Under the pieces are notes generated by a model. That model did no database searches, was not told where the DNA came from, and was given only the letters and a program-made list of their open reading frames with translations. Below, piece after piece: positions 6,841 through 16,382 of a stretch of DNA of 32,000 nucleotides. Positions within the stretch are counted from its first letter, which is position 1, and each line of letters starts with the position of its first letter. The DNA is taken from assembly GCF_000092465.1 (NCBI RefSeq), contig NC_014205.1, positions 330,001 through 362,000 of the forward strand, read 5' to 3'. The DNA is from Staphylothermus hellenicus DSM 12710. GTDB taxonomy: Archaea; Thermoproteota; Thermoprotei_A; Sulfolobales; Desulfurococcaceae. Made by a program: the position numbers and the translations under genes.

Positions 6841-7980
6841 GTGTATGTTTTGTCAATAACAATAATAGATTATAGAAACTACCCATTCCTAGCAGACCTA
6901 AATGATACCTTAAACTATAGATGGCCAGGACTAAAACTATCTGATATCATATCTTTGCCAAATAATTATCCAAGACTGCGTGCTAAAGTTTTGCTTAAAT
7001 CAATAGTTTCTAAAAGAAAAATATTACCACCAAAATCTACTAGCGAAGACGAGGTATTAGCATTTTATACTTTAATCTCTATTGTCAAGCTTTTAAAAGA
7101 TAAGAAGCTTGCGAGCATGGTTGCGGTTACATATGCAAAGTATGCATATAGATATTTACAAAACGAACCAATTAATACATTATTGAAAATATCCAGTATA
7201 CTTGGACTTAAAGCTGAAATACCGAGAAACTACCCATTAATTCCTATAGATGTAAAAAGGAATAAACCAATATTTGAACCCAGACCGATCGGTATTGATC
7301 TAAAAGATTACTTAAAACTCACAGCTAAAAGACTGGCACGAGATCCAAAATATTCATTAGTTAACCAAATCGTGTATAGAGGAAAAGTATTCTTAAACAA
7401 GAAAGTTTTTTCTCGAATACTGGAAGAAGCCATATACTATAAAATATTAAGCATAATTGAAAATATAGAGGTTAAAGAAAATAAATTCCAAGAACTACTA
7501 GAAGAAGCTAAAAAAGTTTTAGATGAAGTCGGATGGCTGCAGAAGAGAATGCTGGACATTGAAGTAGAGAAGAACACTGAGGGAGTAATAGATTTTGAAG
7601 CTTTTCCTCCATGTATGAAACTACTCCTAAACAGGCTTAGATCAGGGGAGAATCTAGGACATCACGAAAGATTCACGATTGCAGCATTCTTGGCAAGAAT
7701 AGGTATGGATGTTGATTCAATGCTGGAATTCTTTAAAAATGCGCCAGACTATAATGAGAAAATAGCCCGGTACCAATTAGAACACATAGCCGGCCTTAGA
7801 GGTTCTAGAAAAAAATATTTACCCTATAGTTGTGAATCTATGAAAGCATTAAACCTTTGCCCTATAAGCGGTCAATGTAAAGGTGGAAAGAATCCATTGG
7901 CTGTATATAAATATAATGTACGAATGAAATATTTGAAGAAAACCAGTAAAGAAACTAGAACAAAACAAGCATCACGGTGA
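6841..7980 (+). CDS. priL: DNA primase large (regulatory) subunit PriL
   Basis: Conserved archaeo-eukaryotic PriL C-terminal Fe-S domain region: FPPCMKLLLNRLRSGENLGHHERFTIAAFLARIGMDVD...YQLEHIAGLRGSRKKYLPYSCESMKALNLCP. GTG start at 6841 (TTG 6850 is an alternative). Confidence 0.9.
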   Translation: MYVLSITIIDYRNYPFLADLNDTLNYRWPGLKLSDIISLPNNYPRLRAKVLLKSIVSKRKILPPKSTSEDEVLAFYTLISIVKLLKDKKLASMVAVTYAKYAYRYLQNEPINTLLKISSILGLKAEIPRNYPLIPIDVKRNKPIFEPRPIGIDLKDYLKLTAKRLARDPKYSLVNQIVYRGKVFLNKKVFSRILEEAIYYKILSIIENIEVKENKFQELLEEAKKVLDEVGWLQKRMLDIEVEKNTEGVIDFEAFPPCMKLLLNRLRSGENLGHHERFTIAAFLARIGMDVDSMLEFFKNAPDYNEKIARYQLEHIAGLRGSRKKYLPYSCESMKALNLCPISGQCKGGKNPLAVYKYNVRMKYLKKTSKETRTKQASR

Positions 7981-7983
7981 TTA

Positions 7984-8589
7984 TTGGTAGTGTCCAATAA
8001 TAATGATAAAACCAAGGTTCATGAATATGTTTCTGCAATATTCTCAGCGCCATTCATAGCATTATATATCCTCTTAAGATTAACAATTGATAAAACAATC
8101 GATGATCTAGTCACTTTTACTATCCTTTCCATCGGGCTTGTTATAATCCCCCTTGTATTTCCATTATTTATTGCTTTTCGTCAAGGATATGAGTGGGATT
8201 ATCCCATTAGGTCTACTAGGATAGTTCCTTTCAGTATTGTGACGATATTCTATTTTATAACTTTGGGTTTAACAATATATTTTCGATGCAGCAATGAAAT
8301 AATTTTTCTCGCCCTATCTTATTCCATGAATGGATTAGTTTCTCTGCTTATTAGTTTAAAATATAAGGTCAGTATACACTTAGTTGGAATAGCTGGGCCG
8401 ATGACCTATTTTTATCTATTAGGGTATTGGATCGATGCTTTCATACTATGTCTTATAGCTTTTATAACAGCGTATTCAAGGTTTTATTTGAGAAGGCACA
8501 CTATGCCACAACTAGTAATGGGGGTCATAATAGGAATAATATTTACGTACATATCGTATTTAATAGTGTATTATTATAATAGTGTTTAA
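7984..8589 (+). CDS. Polytopic membrane protein, possibly PAP2-like phosphatase family
   Basis: About 6 hydrophobic helices. C-terminal SRFYLRRHTMPQL resembles the PAP2 SRxxxxxHxxxD motif, with the final D not conserved. TTG start 3 nt after the priL stop. Confidence 0.45.
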   Translation: MVVSNNNDKTKVHEYVSAIFSAPFIALYILLRLTIDKTIDDLVTFTILSIGLVIIPLVFPLFIAFRQGYEWDYPIRSTRIVPFSIVTIFYFITLGLTIYFRCSNEIIFLALSYSMNGLVSLLISLKYKVSIHLVGIAGPMTYFYLLGYWIDAFILCLIAFITAYSRFYLRRHTMPQLVMGVIIGIIFTYISYLIVYYYNSV

Positions 8590-8715
8590 TAAGTGAAGCA
8601 ATTTAGCATGATATTATAGATGATTTTGCACCTTCGGTTCATCAGCTTTAACCACAATAGTATTTATTCCCTACAAGTATGCAAATCGATGTATAAGTGG
8701 TAGTAATAAAGAGTT

Positions 8716-9948
8716 TTAATCTGTTACTAGTATTTGATTAAATTTCCTATATGCAATCCTAATAATTTCGATAAGGATTAGTATAAGCGATATATCGAAA
8801 ATGATAACGAATATTGCATCAGAAAGTGATAATACTCCTCTCTCTTCAACAGTCAAGCCTTTTAACCCTATAAGATCGTTTGTCTCATGGAGCTTGATCG
8901 GCGATCCTCTGAGTTTAATTCTTACATTCTGAGGTTTATCAAAGATTCCTGATACATATAATACTATTGTTGAAGCATTATACTTTACCAAGTCTATATT
9001 TGAATATTTAATATCTGTTTTACTATCTAGTAACAATAATACTCTATATGGTGCATAACTAGTAATATTAAGTTGGATAGTTTCATTTATAACAGATACA
9101 TCCATTTGGATATTTGTATATGATGTATTTAATCCTATAAAGCCTATTTTTCCAATACTTCCTGTCTTGCCATATGTGAAGAAAGTTGAATTAGTTATTA
9201 TAATTTTTGATAATCCCTGTCCTAAGCCATTGTTTATTATAAGTATTTTTTCTCTAATGTATCCTAAGTTATGCCTATTATATGTGATCTCATAATAATA
9301 TAGTGGAATACTCGTTATTATTTCACGGTACATACTGACTGTATCCATGTAACTCGTATTCTCGAGACTGCCCAAATAATAATATTTTATCTCGTAACAA
9401 TAGACATCATCAAAGATTGTTATACCTGTTACATCTCCGTTTCTACCAGTTTTCGTCAAGGTAGCAGAGAAATTTTTAAGTTTCAGTTTTATCATTGGAT
9501 CCACTGAATTTGATGATTCCCTAAAGGTCTTGTTTACGAGTTTGTCCATGGATTTATTAATTGCTTCTATAATTGATTTCTTAACATTATTACCACTAAC
9601 AATGAAACTGGTTAATTTATATTCGTAATCATATATTTCACTATTAGGGTGAAACGTGACATTTATAGCTATCTCGTATGCTATGCTTAACCTAATTGTT
9701 CCGCTTAGACTTTTTTGTAACATATATTTACTAGCATAGATCCCTGAAGCCTCTAATGTATACATTGCAATATATAAGCCTGAAACTTTGAAATTATTGC
9801 TGCCGGATTCCTTACTATAATTAATTGGTTGAGCATACAATGATTTGTTCCCGAAAACTATGCTGGGACTTATTATATTAAATAGAATAACTAGGAAGAT
9901 AATCAACCATGATGTTTTCTTAGATGATCCTTTTAAAACACTAGCCAA
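8716..9948 (-). CDS. Surface glycoprotein, N-terminal signal peptide and C-terminal TM anchor (410 aa), function unknown
   Basis: Signal WLIIFLVILFNIISPSIVFG. Many N-x-S/T sequons. C-terminal helix AIFVIIFDISLILILIEIIRIAY. TTG start. Confidence 0.6.
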   Translation of the reverse strand: MASVLKGSSKKTSWLIIFLVILFNIISPSIVFGNKSLYAQPINYSKESGSNNFKVSGLYIAMYTLEASGIYASKYMLQKSLSGTIRLSIAYEIAINVTFHPNSEIYDYEYKLTSFIVSGNNVKKSIIEAINKSMDKLVNKTFRESSNSVDPMIKLKLKNFSATLTKTGRNGDVTGITIFDDVYCYEIKYYYLGSLENTSYMDTVSMYREIITSIPLYYYEITYNRHNLGYIREKILIINNGLGQGLSKIIITNSTFFTYGKTGSIGKIGFIGLNTSYTNIQMDVSVINETIQLNITSYAPYRVLLLLDSKTDIKYSNIDLVKYNASTIVLYVSGIFDKPQNVRIKLRGSPIKLHETNDLIGLKGLTVEERGVLSLSDAIFVIIFDISLILILIEIIRIAYRKFNQILVTD

Positions 9949-10152
9949 ATCAATAACCCTAATAATTATTATGTAGTGGTAATTTTATTTTTAATTTATT
10001 TTTCGCCTTAGCTCTTTAACTCTATTATTTTATCAACGTTTTCTCATCAAACATAAACATATTTTCACTTATCTCGAGTAATTTAAAAATGTTATCAACG
10101 AGTAAAATATTCGCAACAAATTAATAACCAATTATATAATTTATTGATTCTA

Positions 10153-10221
10153 CGGGATGAAGAAGCCGGCCTGTCCCGTATCCCCTGCTAGGGATGGGGA
10201 AGGCTCGGCCTCTTCTGACCC
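10153..10221 (+). ncRNA. GC-rich extended hairpin RNA closed by a C/D-like K-turn (unknown class)
   Basis: About 62% GC island in a 306-nt AT-rich spacer. The 5' end GGG-AU-GAAGA and the 3' end CUGA-CCC can form a C/D-type K-turn. The interior folds into an irregular stem of about 25 bp with hexaloop CTGCTA (10185-10190). There are no 12-nt guide spacers and no ORF. No oligo-T run follows on either strand, so the strand call rests on the box orientation. Confidence 0.5.
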
Positions 10222-10254
10222 TTCATTAAAGAGGATCAGAATAATTTATGAGTA

Positions 10255-11652
10255 TTATTTTTTCTTTAGTAATGCGTAGTAGAAGCCTATTGTGCCATGT
10301 ATATGGGGCCATGCACGCATTGTTCCCGGTAGGATAGGTGATTGCTTAAATGGTTTATTTAATGATATAAGCATTGCATCCCAGTGTTTTTCTAGGAAAT
10401 CTTTAATAATATGTTCTCCTTCCCAAGGCAGTACGCTGCATACTGTGTAGAGTAGTTTTCCATCTTTTCGCAGTATTTTCCATGCTGAATCTAATAGTTC
10501 CCTCTGTAGAACAACCAGTTTCTCGGCATCTTCTACACTATACCTCCACCTAACATCTGGGTTTCTAGCTAATGCACCAGTAGAACTACATGGGGGGTCT
10601 AATAAGACATAATCCATACTGTTATTTCCCAGAATACTTGGTGCTTCTCTAGCGTCTCTAACAAATACTTGGACAGACTTATCTGTCCCTGTTCTTTCAA
10701 GCATCAATCTAAGCCTACGAGCTCGGTCACGGTAGATTTCAAAACTATAAATTCGGGATTTAAGCCCAGTATATTCTGCTAAATAAGTTGTCTTACCACC
10801 AGGTGCGGCACATAGATCTCCGATTCTACTCCCAGGCTTCGGATCAAGTATTTCTACTGCTACAATGCTTGATTCATCCTGTGGAACAAGTATGCCTGTC
10901 TCAATAAACCTTATAATTTCCTTCCCAATACTTCCATAAACCCTTATAGCCCTCCTACTATACTTGCCTAGTTCAACCCTGTACCCTGAATCTTTGAGAA
11001 ACTTGTATACAGCTTCTGGTTTAGCCTTCAAAGAGTTAACTCTGAAAACCCTATACTTGATCTTCATTGTTGAATTTAAGAAATCATCTAGATTCTCGCC
11101 GAGTTCTCTGAGAGCCCTAGCTAGTGCACGGTATAGTTCTGGGGATACCCTATATTTTAGGAGAACCCTGTCTTCTCCACTATTTGGAGACCATTTATTA
11201 CTAAATAATAGCTTAGTTTTACCAATAATTTTCTCTCTAACCGCTTTATCACCTATTTTTTCACCCAAATATCTCAAAATATATCTTTTAAAAGTCTTTT
11301 TCATCGAGCTACTCATTTTCTCATCTAGTTGTGAAACATAAGCAGCTACAAGTAAGGCTGCACGAACATTGTATGGGAGGCTAGACGGGTTAAAACCGGC
11401 TATGTCGGAAACGATCTTGTCTAAAAGCCCTTGATAACGATAAATACTGTAAACAATGCCGGAAACCCTACGATCAACAATTGGATCACTTATTCTATAC
11501 CTAGAAACAACCCTCCTAATAGCCTCCTGAACAGGTTTAACCCTAAAACCTAAACCAACAGATTCTATTACAGCATATACTATTCTTCTATAATTAATCA
11601 TTCTAATCTTCCTACCACTATGTTCTGGATAACGACTTAATAGCTTAACCAT
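10255..11652 (-). CDS. NOL1/NOP2/Sun-family RNA cytosine-C5 methyltransferase (RsmB/Nop2-like, with N-terminal NusB-like domain)
   Basis: SAM-binding motif DLCAAPGGKTTYLAE. Catalytic motifs LLDPPCSSTGALARNPDVRW and TVCSVLPWEGE. Confidence 0.9.
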   Translation of the reverse strand: MVKLLSRYPEHSGRKIRMINYRRIVYAVIESVGLGFRVKPVQEAIRRVVSRYRISDPIVDRRVSGIVYSIYRYQGLLDKIVSDIAGFNPSSLPYNVRAALLVAAYVSQLDEKMSSSMKKTFKRYILRYLGEKIGDKAVREKIIGKTKLLFSNKWSPNSGEDRVLLKYRVSPELYRALARALRELGENLDDFLNSTMKIKYRVFRVNSLKAKPEAVYKFLKDSGYRVELGKYSRRAIRVYGSIGKEIIRFIETGILVPQDESSIVAVEILDPKPGSRIGDLCAAPGGKTTYLAEYTGLKSRIYSFEIYRDRARRLRLMLERTGTDKSVQVFVRDAREAPSILGNNSMDYVLLDPPCSSTGALARNPDVRWRYSVEDAEKLVVLQRELLDSAWKILRKDGKLLYTVCSVLPWEGEHIIKDFLEKHWDAMLISLNKPFKQSPILPGTMRAWPHIHGTIGFYYALLKKK

Positions 11653-11783
11653 ATTTTAATCAATACTAAGTATTGTAAGGAAAATATAGCTAGGTAAATT
11701 GTCTAGTATAAATAGTTTATCTAGTCTTTCCAACATATAGTATTTTCGGCAGTAAACACGGAGTTTTGGAGAGGTGATTATTT

Positions 11784-12959
11784 ATGGTTTTAAAAATTGG
11801 TTTTGCAAGCACTTATCCCCCTACTCATTGTGGGGTTGGAGAATATTCTCGTATGCTTATTACTGCTTTGAAGAGTTTGTATCCACGTATAAAAGCATAT
11901 GTGTTTGCTGATAAGAGGGGTGGGGATAGGAGATTTGATGAATTAGCCAAAGTAGATATTATACCGAGTTTTGAACATGAGGAAACTAGTTATAGGAAAT
12001 TATTAGATAATCTTGCTCTTATTGATGGTGTTGATATTTTACATGTACAGCATGAATATGGTATTTTCGGTAAACATAATGGTTTAATAGAAGCTGTTGA
12101 GGAAGCTAGAGAGGAGAGGCTTGTAGGGAAAATAGTTATAACAATGCATACTGTTGATCATCCATACACTCTTAGATCAGGGACATTAGAGTTTCAAAGA
12201 CAACTAAACAAATTTGATGCGATAATAGTTCATAGTGCTCTACAGGAATTTGAACTAATACATCAGGGAATTGATCCATCTAAAATTATAAGAATACCGC
12301 ATGGAACCCTCTTAAACCCATATCTATGGTTGCCTAGATTCAAATTAGCGGAATCACTAGGAATATCTGAGGAACAACTAGTAGGATTCTTAATTGGTGT
12401 CCCGGGATTTCTTAGAAAAGATAAAGGCTTAGATATTCTCGTAAAAGCTGTGAAGCCTCTCCTACATGATGGGGATTACACGGTTATTGTTGCTGGAGAA
12501 ACAAGAGACCCTGTGTTGAGAAAGGAGCTCGAGGAAATGGTTAGGAATGGACCCAACATGATCTTTATAGAGAGATGGTTGACAAGCGAGGAGATACTGA
12601 AACTTGTTGCATTAGTAGATGCTGTTGTCTTACCCTATAGGGATAGGCCAGCATCATATTCTGTCTCCGGCATATTACACTTATCAATGGGCGGGTTAAA
12701 ACCTATTATTGGTACTAGGGCTCCGAGATTGATAGAACTATATCATCATGCGCCGAGAATGACTGTTCCAGTTAGAAACCCTGATGAGCTAACAAGGAAA
12801 ATTAGATGGTTAAGGATAAACTATGATGTAGCAATAGCGTATATGAGCAGTCTTTACAGCTATGCTGTTAGGACGGAATGGCGTAGAACAGCTAGAAGGC
12901 ATCTATCTCTCTATGCCTACGTTTTAGGCATTGAAAAATCTATTCTTTCAGGAGAATAG
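11784..12959 (+). CDS. Glycosyltransferase, GT-B fold (family 4-like)
   Basis: N-terminal FASTYPPTHCGVGEYS. C-terminal nucleotide-sugar-binding region (VIVAGETRDP...LVALVDAVVLPYRD). Strong SD GGAGAGGTGA upstream of the ATG. Confidence 0.8.
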   Translation: MVLKIGFASTYPPTHCGVGEYSRMLITALKSLYPRIKAYVFADKRGGDRRFDELAKVDIIPSFEHEETSYRKLLDNLALIDGVDILHVQHEYGIFGKHNGLIEAVEEAREERLVGKIVITMHTVDHPYTLRSGTLEFQRQLNKFDAIIVHSALQEFELIHQGIDPSKIIRIPHGTLLNPYLWLPRFKLAESLGISEEQLVGFLIGVPGFLRKDKGLDILVKAVKPLLHDGDYTVIVAGETRDPVLRKELEEMVRNGPNMIFIERWLTSEEILKLVALVDAVVLPYRDRPASYSVSGILHLSMGGLKPIIGTRAPRLIELYHHAPRMTVPVRNPDELTRKIRWLRINYDVAIAYMSSLYSYAVRTEWRRTARRHLSLYAYVLGIEKSILSGE

Positions 12960-12978
12960 CCTGGAAGAGGAGATATAT

Positions 12979-13557
12979 ATGGTGGAAATCATGGAGATCT
13001 GTAAGATCAATTATAGGGGAGTAGTGGTCAGGGGGGTTAGGGGAGATATTACAGAACTAGATGTTGAAGCCATAGTTAACCCGGCTAACAGCTCGATGTT
13101 GATGGGCGGCGGTTTAGCAGGGGTTTTGAAGAGGAAGGGTGGAGAAATTATTGAGAATGAAGCAAAGAAGTTTGCACCAGTACCTGTCGGTAAGGCTGTT
13201 GTAACAATTGCCGGCGCGTTAAGGGCTAAATACATTATTCATGCACCAACAATGGAGAAGCCCGCTATGAGGATTAAGCCGGAAAACGCATATAAAGCAA
13301 CATTTGCTGCTCTCACAAAAGCATTTGATTTATCATTGAATAAGATAGCAATACCAGGTATGGGAACAGGTGTTGGTGGATTATCTCCTAGTGACGCAGG
13401 CAAAGCTATGGCTAAAGCAATAAAGGAGTTCCTAGACCTAGTTCCTTCAGGAATCAAAGAAATACTCATAGTTGACTTGAACCCTGAAATACCCAGGATG
13501 GTTTGTAGATCCTTGGAGGAAATGATCGGGGAAACAGGAAATGAATATCAAAGTTAA
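12979..13557 (+). CDS. Macro-domain protein (ADP-ribose / O-acetyl-ADP-ribose binding or hydrolase, AF1521-like)
   Basis: GDITELDVEAIVNPANSSMLMGGGLAGVL, IIHAPTM and IAIPGMGTGVGGL motifs. I prefer ATG 12979, which is preceded by GGAAGAGGAG, over the track start 12931. Confidence 0.85.
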   Translation: MVEIMEICKINYRGVVVRGVRGDITELDVEAIVNPANSSMLMGGGLAGVLKRKGGEIIENEAKKFAPVPVGKAVVTIAGALRAKYIIHAPTMEKPAMRIKPENAYKATFAALTKAFDLSLNKIAIPGMGTGVGGLSPSDAGKAMAKAIKEFLDLVPSGIKEILIVDLNPEIPRMVCRSLEEMIGETGNEYQS

Positions 13558-13807
13558 ATATATGCTTTGGCTACGCGAGAAAATAGGATTAGAACAAGAA
13601 GAATTCAAGCTGGATAGAGAGACTAGTTTAGAAGACTTGGTAAGAATTATTATTTTAAAACATAGAGAAGCAGAGAAATATTTAAGCAATATATTTAGCG
13701 ATGATAATCCCTTCATAATACTTGTCAATGGAATACCTAGAAAGAAAAACTATATACTAAAAGATAATGACTTAGTCACAATTCTCCCCCCAGTATCAGG
13801 AGGATAG
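13541..13807 (+). CDS. MoaD/ThiS-family ubiquitin-like small protein with C-terminal Gly-Gly
   Basis: 88 aa. Begins MNIKVKYMLWLREKIG and ends ILPPVSGG-stop. The start overlaps the macro-domain gene by 17 nt. Confidence 0.8.
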   Translation: MNIKVKYMLWLREKIGLEQEEFKLDRETSLEDLVRIIILKHREAEKYLSNIFSDDNPFIILVNGIPRKKNYILKDNDLVTILPPVSGG

Positions 13808-13923
13808 TGTCTTAGAAACAATTATTTTTGAATTCAACAACTTATAACGGCGTAAACATTATTTTTCCATGATTCTTTAAACATAGTTATAAATAAATTA
13901 CTTGTTTAAACGGTGAGTAAGTA

Positions 13924-14628
13924 ATGGATTATTTGTTTGAACTTGTTCCTTGGAAAAAGAAATTAATAGATGAAATAGTAGATTTAGCAAGAGATTTCTT
14001 CAGTATTTATACTATTCCGGAAGGCCCTGGAGGTTATCCCGGCATATATAGTTTAGCTACTGCAATGTATCTTAAATACAAATATGATCTAAAAGCGTTT
14101 CCTCATATAAGACTATATGATATAAACAGATTAGCGCTCTTATCAATTGCTAATGCTGTAGAAGCATATGGTCTTGAAGGATTAGTGCTTCTTCGAGGAG
14201 ATAAGCCTTGGAAAGGAATAATAGTTGAGGATATAGGTACTGAGGAAGCATTGAGCCTGCTTAAAAAGAAAGGCTACAGGTTTGAGAAGGGGGCAATTAT
14301 TAGCCTGAGATACCCTTATGAGAAGATAATTGAGAGAATAAGGCTTGGAGCAGATTTTTACCATGTAATAAACTATGATGCAAGTAAAGACCAGTTGCTT
14401 ACCAGGATTTATAGGGAAGCTAATAGGCTGGGTGTGAAAATATATGTATTTATTCTTTTAGGGATCGGTGGGAATAAAGGATTATTTGCCAAGCTTAATC
14501 AGCCATATATAAGTCCCGGGGAGTTAAAGGATCGTTTGGAAGCGTTGAGGAATATGTGTGATGGTGTGGTATTATCTACTCCATTAGAGCCTTTAGAGGG
14601 CATACGTGTATTTATGAAGTATGCATGA
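13924..14628 (+). CDS. Methylenetetrahydrofolate reductase (MetF)-like protein, short form
   Basis: FPHIRLYDINRLALLSIANAVEAYGLEGLVLLRGDKP matches the MetF signature (pHLtcrD.nr....L......Gi.n.LaLRGD.P). TIM-barrel-sized ORF. SD GGTGA upstream. Confidence 0.6.
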   Translation: MDYLFELVPWKKKLIDEIVDLARDFFSIYTIPEGPGGYPGIYSLATAMYLKYKYDLKAFPHIRLYDINRLALLSIANAVEAYGLEGLVLLRGDKPWKGIIVEDIGTEEALSLLKKKGYRFEKGAIISLRYPYEKIIERIRLGADFYHVINYDASKDQLLTRIYREANRLGVKIYVFILLGIGGNKGLFAKLNQPYISPGELKDRLEALRNMCDGVVLSTPLEPLEGIRVFMKYA

Positions 14629-15615
14629 CTAGTTCTTTTGGAGAAGCTTTACTATATTAATTATTCTATGCAGCTTCTCTAATCCTATATGGTATGCTTC
14701 ATATGGATCGCCTGACTCGGTAGCTAATCCGCCGAAGCCGCAGTCTGCTGAGACCAGGTCTATTCTCCACATGGTTTTTTCACCTATCTTCCTAAGTAAA
14801 TCGCTTAGTTCCTCATATGATTCAATAACTGGTTTCTTAGCACTGGCTATTCCAGGGGCTAGAACTTTGTTGTTCTCCTCTAATAGGTTAGGATTTATTG
14901 ATTCAATATTCATTGAGTTATCGTGGAATTCGAAGTTTAGAATGTCTAGTTTATCGGTGATTGCTAGTGTTTCGAAGAGTTTAGGAGATATTCTCCCGCA
15001 TACATGTATACCGTGTTCTCCCGGTGCTTGCGAAAATATGTGATTTATTGTTTCTATGATTTCTTCTTTTGAGAAGCCAAATAGTATTCTTCTCTTACCA
15101 ACGATAATTCCGAGAACAGGTTCATCAATGAATAATATGTTATAGCCTAGTTTGCCCATATACATGATGTGTTTTCTAACATATTCTATAATGTATTCTA
15201 GCAGTGTTTTTTCTCGGAGAAGTGTTCCATGTAATCCCACGCTTATGTCTTTGGATAAATATATTCTAGATGCTAAGGTATAGGCTCCTGTCACAGGTGC
15301 TCTGAGCCATTTAAAACCATATTTTTTCTCCCTGAGATACTTGATCATGTATTCTGCTTCATAAATACTTGGCTCAAAATATTCTATATCTTTCAATGAC
15401 TCCTTAGAATCTAGGAAATAAAATCCATTCTTTTCTTTTAATAATCCATTGTCTGCTAGGGGCTTGAGATATATGTCTATAAAGCTTCTTAGTTGAGGAT
15501 AGGGTGGGGCATCCAGTTTAATTCTCCATAGATCATCTATTATTATCCTAAGATTATCTAAACTGTGAGGAAGGGGGAAGCTTCCCACATGGCTTGTCCT
15601 TATCTTCCCATGCAT
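14629..15615 (-). CDS. Core-MetE-like zinc-dependent thiol methyltransferase (cobalamin-independent methionine synthase catalytic-domain family)
   Basis: N-terminal TSHVGSFPLP. Zinc ligand motifs GIHVCGR (HxC) and VSADCGFGG. Its 328 aa size equals a single MetE catalytic barrel. Confidence 0.8.
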   Translation of the reverse strand: MHGKIRTSHVGSFPLPHSLDNLRIIIDDLWRIKLDAPPYPQLRSFIDIYLKPLADNGLLKEKNGFYFLDSKESLKDIEYFEPSIYEAEYMIKYLREKKYGFKWLRAPVTGAYTLASRIYLSKDISVGLHGTLLREKTLLEYIIEYVRKHIMYMGKLGYNILFIDEPVLGIIVGKRRILFGFSKEEIIETINHIFSQAPGEHGIHVCGRISPKLFETLAITDKLDILNFEFHDNSMNIESINPNLLEENNKVLAPGIASAKKPVIESYEELSDLLRKIGEKTMWRIDLVSADCGFGGLATESGDPYEAYHIGLEKLHRIINIVKLLQKN

Positions 15616-15710
15616 TCTCGGTCACTTGTTGAGTTTTTAATAATATGTGTTTTTCTCGGAATAAATGCTTATAGTAATAAATAGTATCGTTATAGGTTAG
15701 GTGCGGTGAT

Positions 15711-16382
15711 GTGGGTGTTGAGGAGTTATTTGATAAGCTCTACAGTTGTCTTGTAGATTTGGATAAAGACTGTGTATTGGATAATGTTCAAAAATTATTG
15801 GAGAAGGGGGTTAAAGCTATAGATATTGTGCTTGGACCCATGAGTAAAGCTATGGAGAAGATTGGCAGACTATATGAGGAGGGAGAATACTTTATAGCAG
15901 AACTTATGGAGGCGGCGGACATATTTAAGGAAGCAATGAAGATACTTGAGCCTCGGCTAAGAATGGAAGCTAAATCTATGGCTTCTGGTAGGAAGAGGCT
16001 AAAAATAATACTGGCAACTGTTAAGGGCGATATACACGATATCGGTAAAACCCTTGTAGGAGTTATGCTGCAAGCAGCTGGGCACGAAGTAATTGATCTA
16101 GGTGTGGATGTTGATGCAGAAAAAATAATTGATGCAATCAAAAAATATAAGCCGCAAATAATTGGTTTAAGCGCCTTATTATCTACTACTGCGAGATATA
16201 TGAGAGTGATAATTGAAGAGTTGGAAAAGAATGGTTTAAGGGGGAAAGTAAAAGTTTTAGTTGGAGGAGCAGCTACTACTAGTGAGTTCGCGGAAAAAAT
16301 CGGTGCAGGTGGCTGGGCTCCGAACGCGATCGAGGCTGTAAAGCTAGTGAATAAGATTGCCGAGGAGTATAGGGATGCATAG
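15711..16382 (+). CDS. Corrinoid (B12-binding) protein, MtaC/MtbC/MetH-B12-domain type
   Basis: N-terminal helical cap followed by a Rossmann B12 domain. It has DxHxxG (GDIHDIGK), SALLSTT and VLVGGAA motifs. GTG start. Confidence 0.9.
   Translation: MGVEELFDKLYSCLVDLDKDCVLDNVQKLLEKGVKAIDIVLGPMSKAMEKIGRLYEEGEYFIAELMEAADIFKEAMKILEPRLRMEAKSMASGRKRLKIILATVKGDIHDIGKTLVGVMLQAAGHEVIDLGVDVDAEKIIDAIKKYKPQIIGLSALLSTTARYMRVIIEELEKNGLRGKVKVLVGGAATTSEFAEKIGAGGWAPNAIEAVKLVNKIAEEYRDA

Noticed and set aside
6841-8589. priL and the following PAP2-like membrane protein gene as a functional operon (3-nt spacer)
   Set aside because: Only adjacency supports it. Tight packing is the rule throughout this window, and the PAP2 assignment itself is weak.
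8590-8715. Possible C/D sRNA in the convergent spacer (GCTGATGA on the - strand near 8640-8651; ATGATAT/ATGATTT on the + strand)
   Set aside because: No matching D box (CTGA) lies at an appropriate distance on either strand, and there is no GC island or terminal stem.
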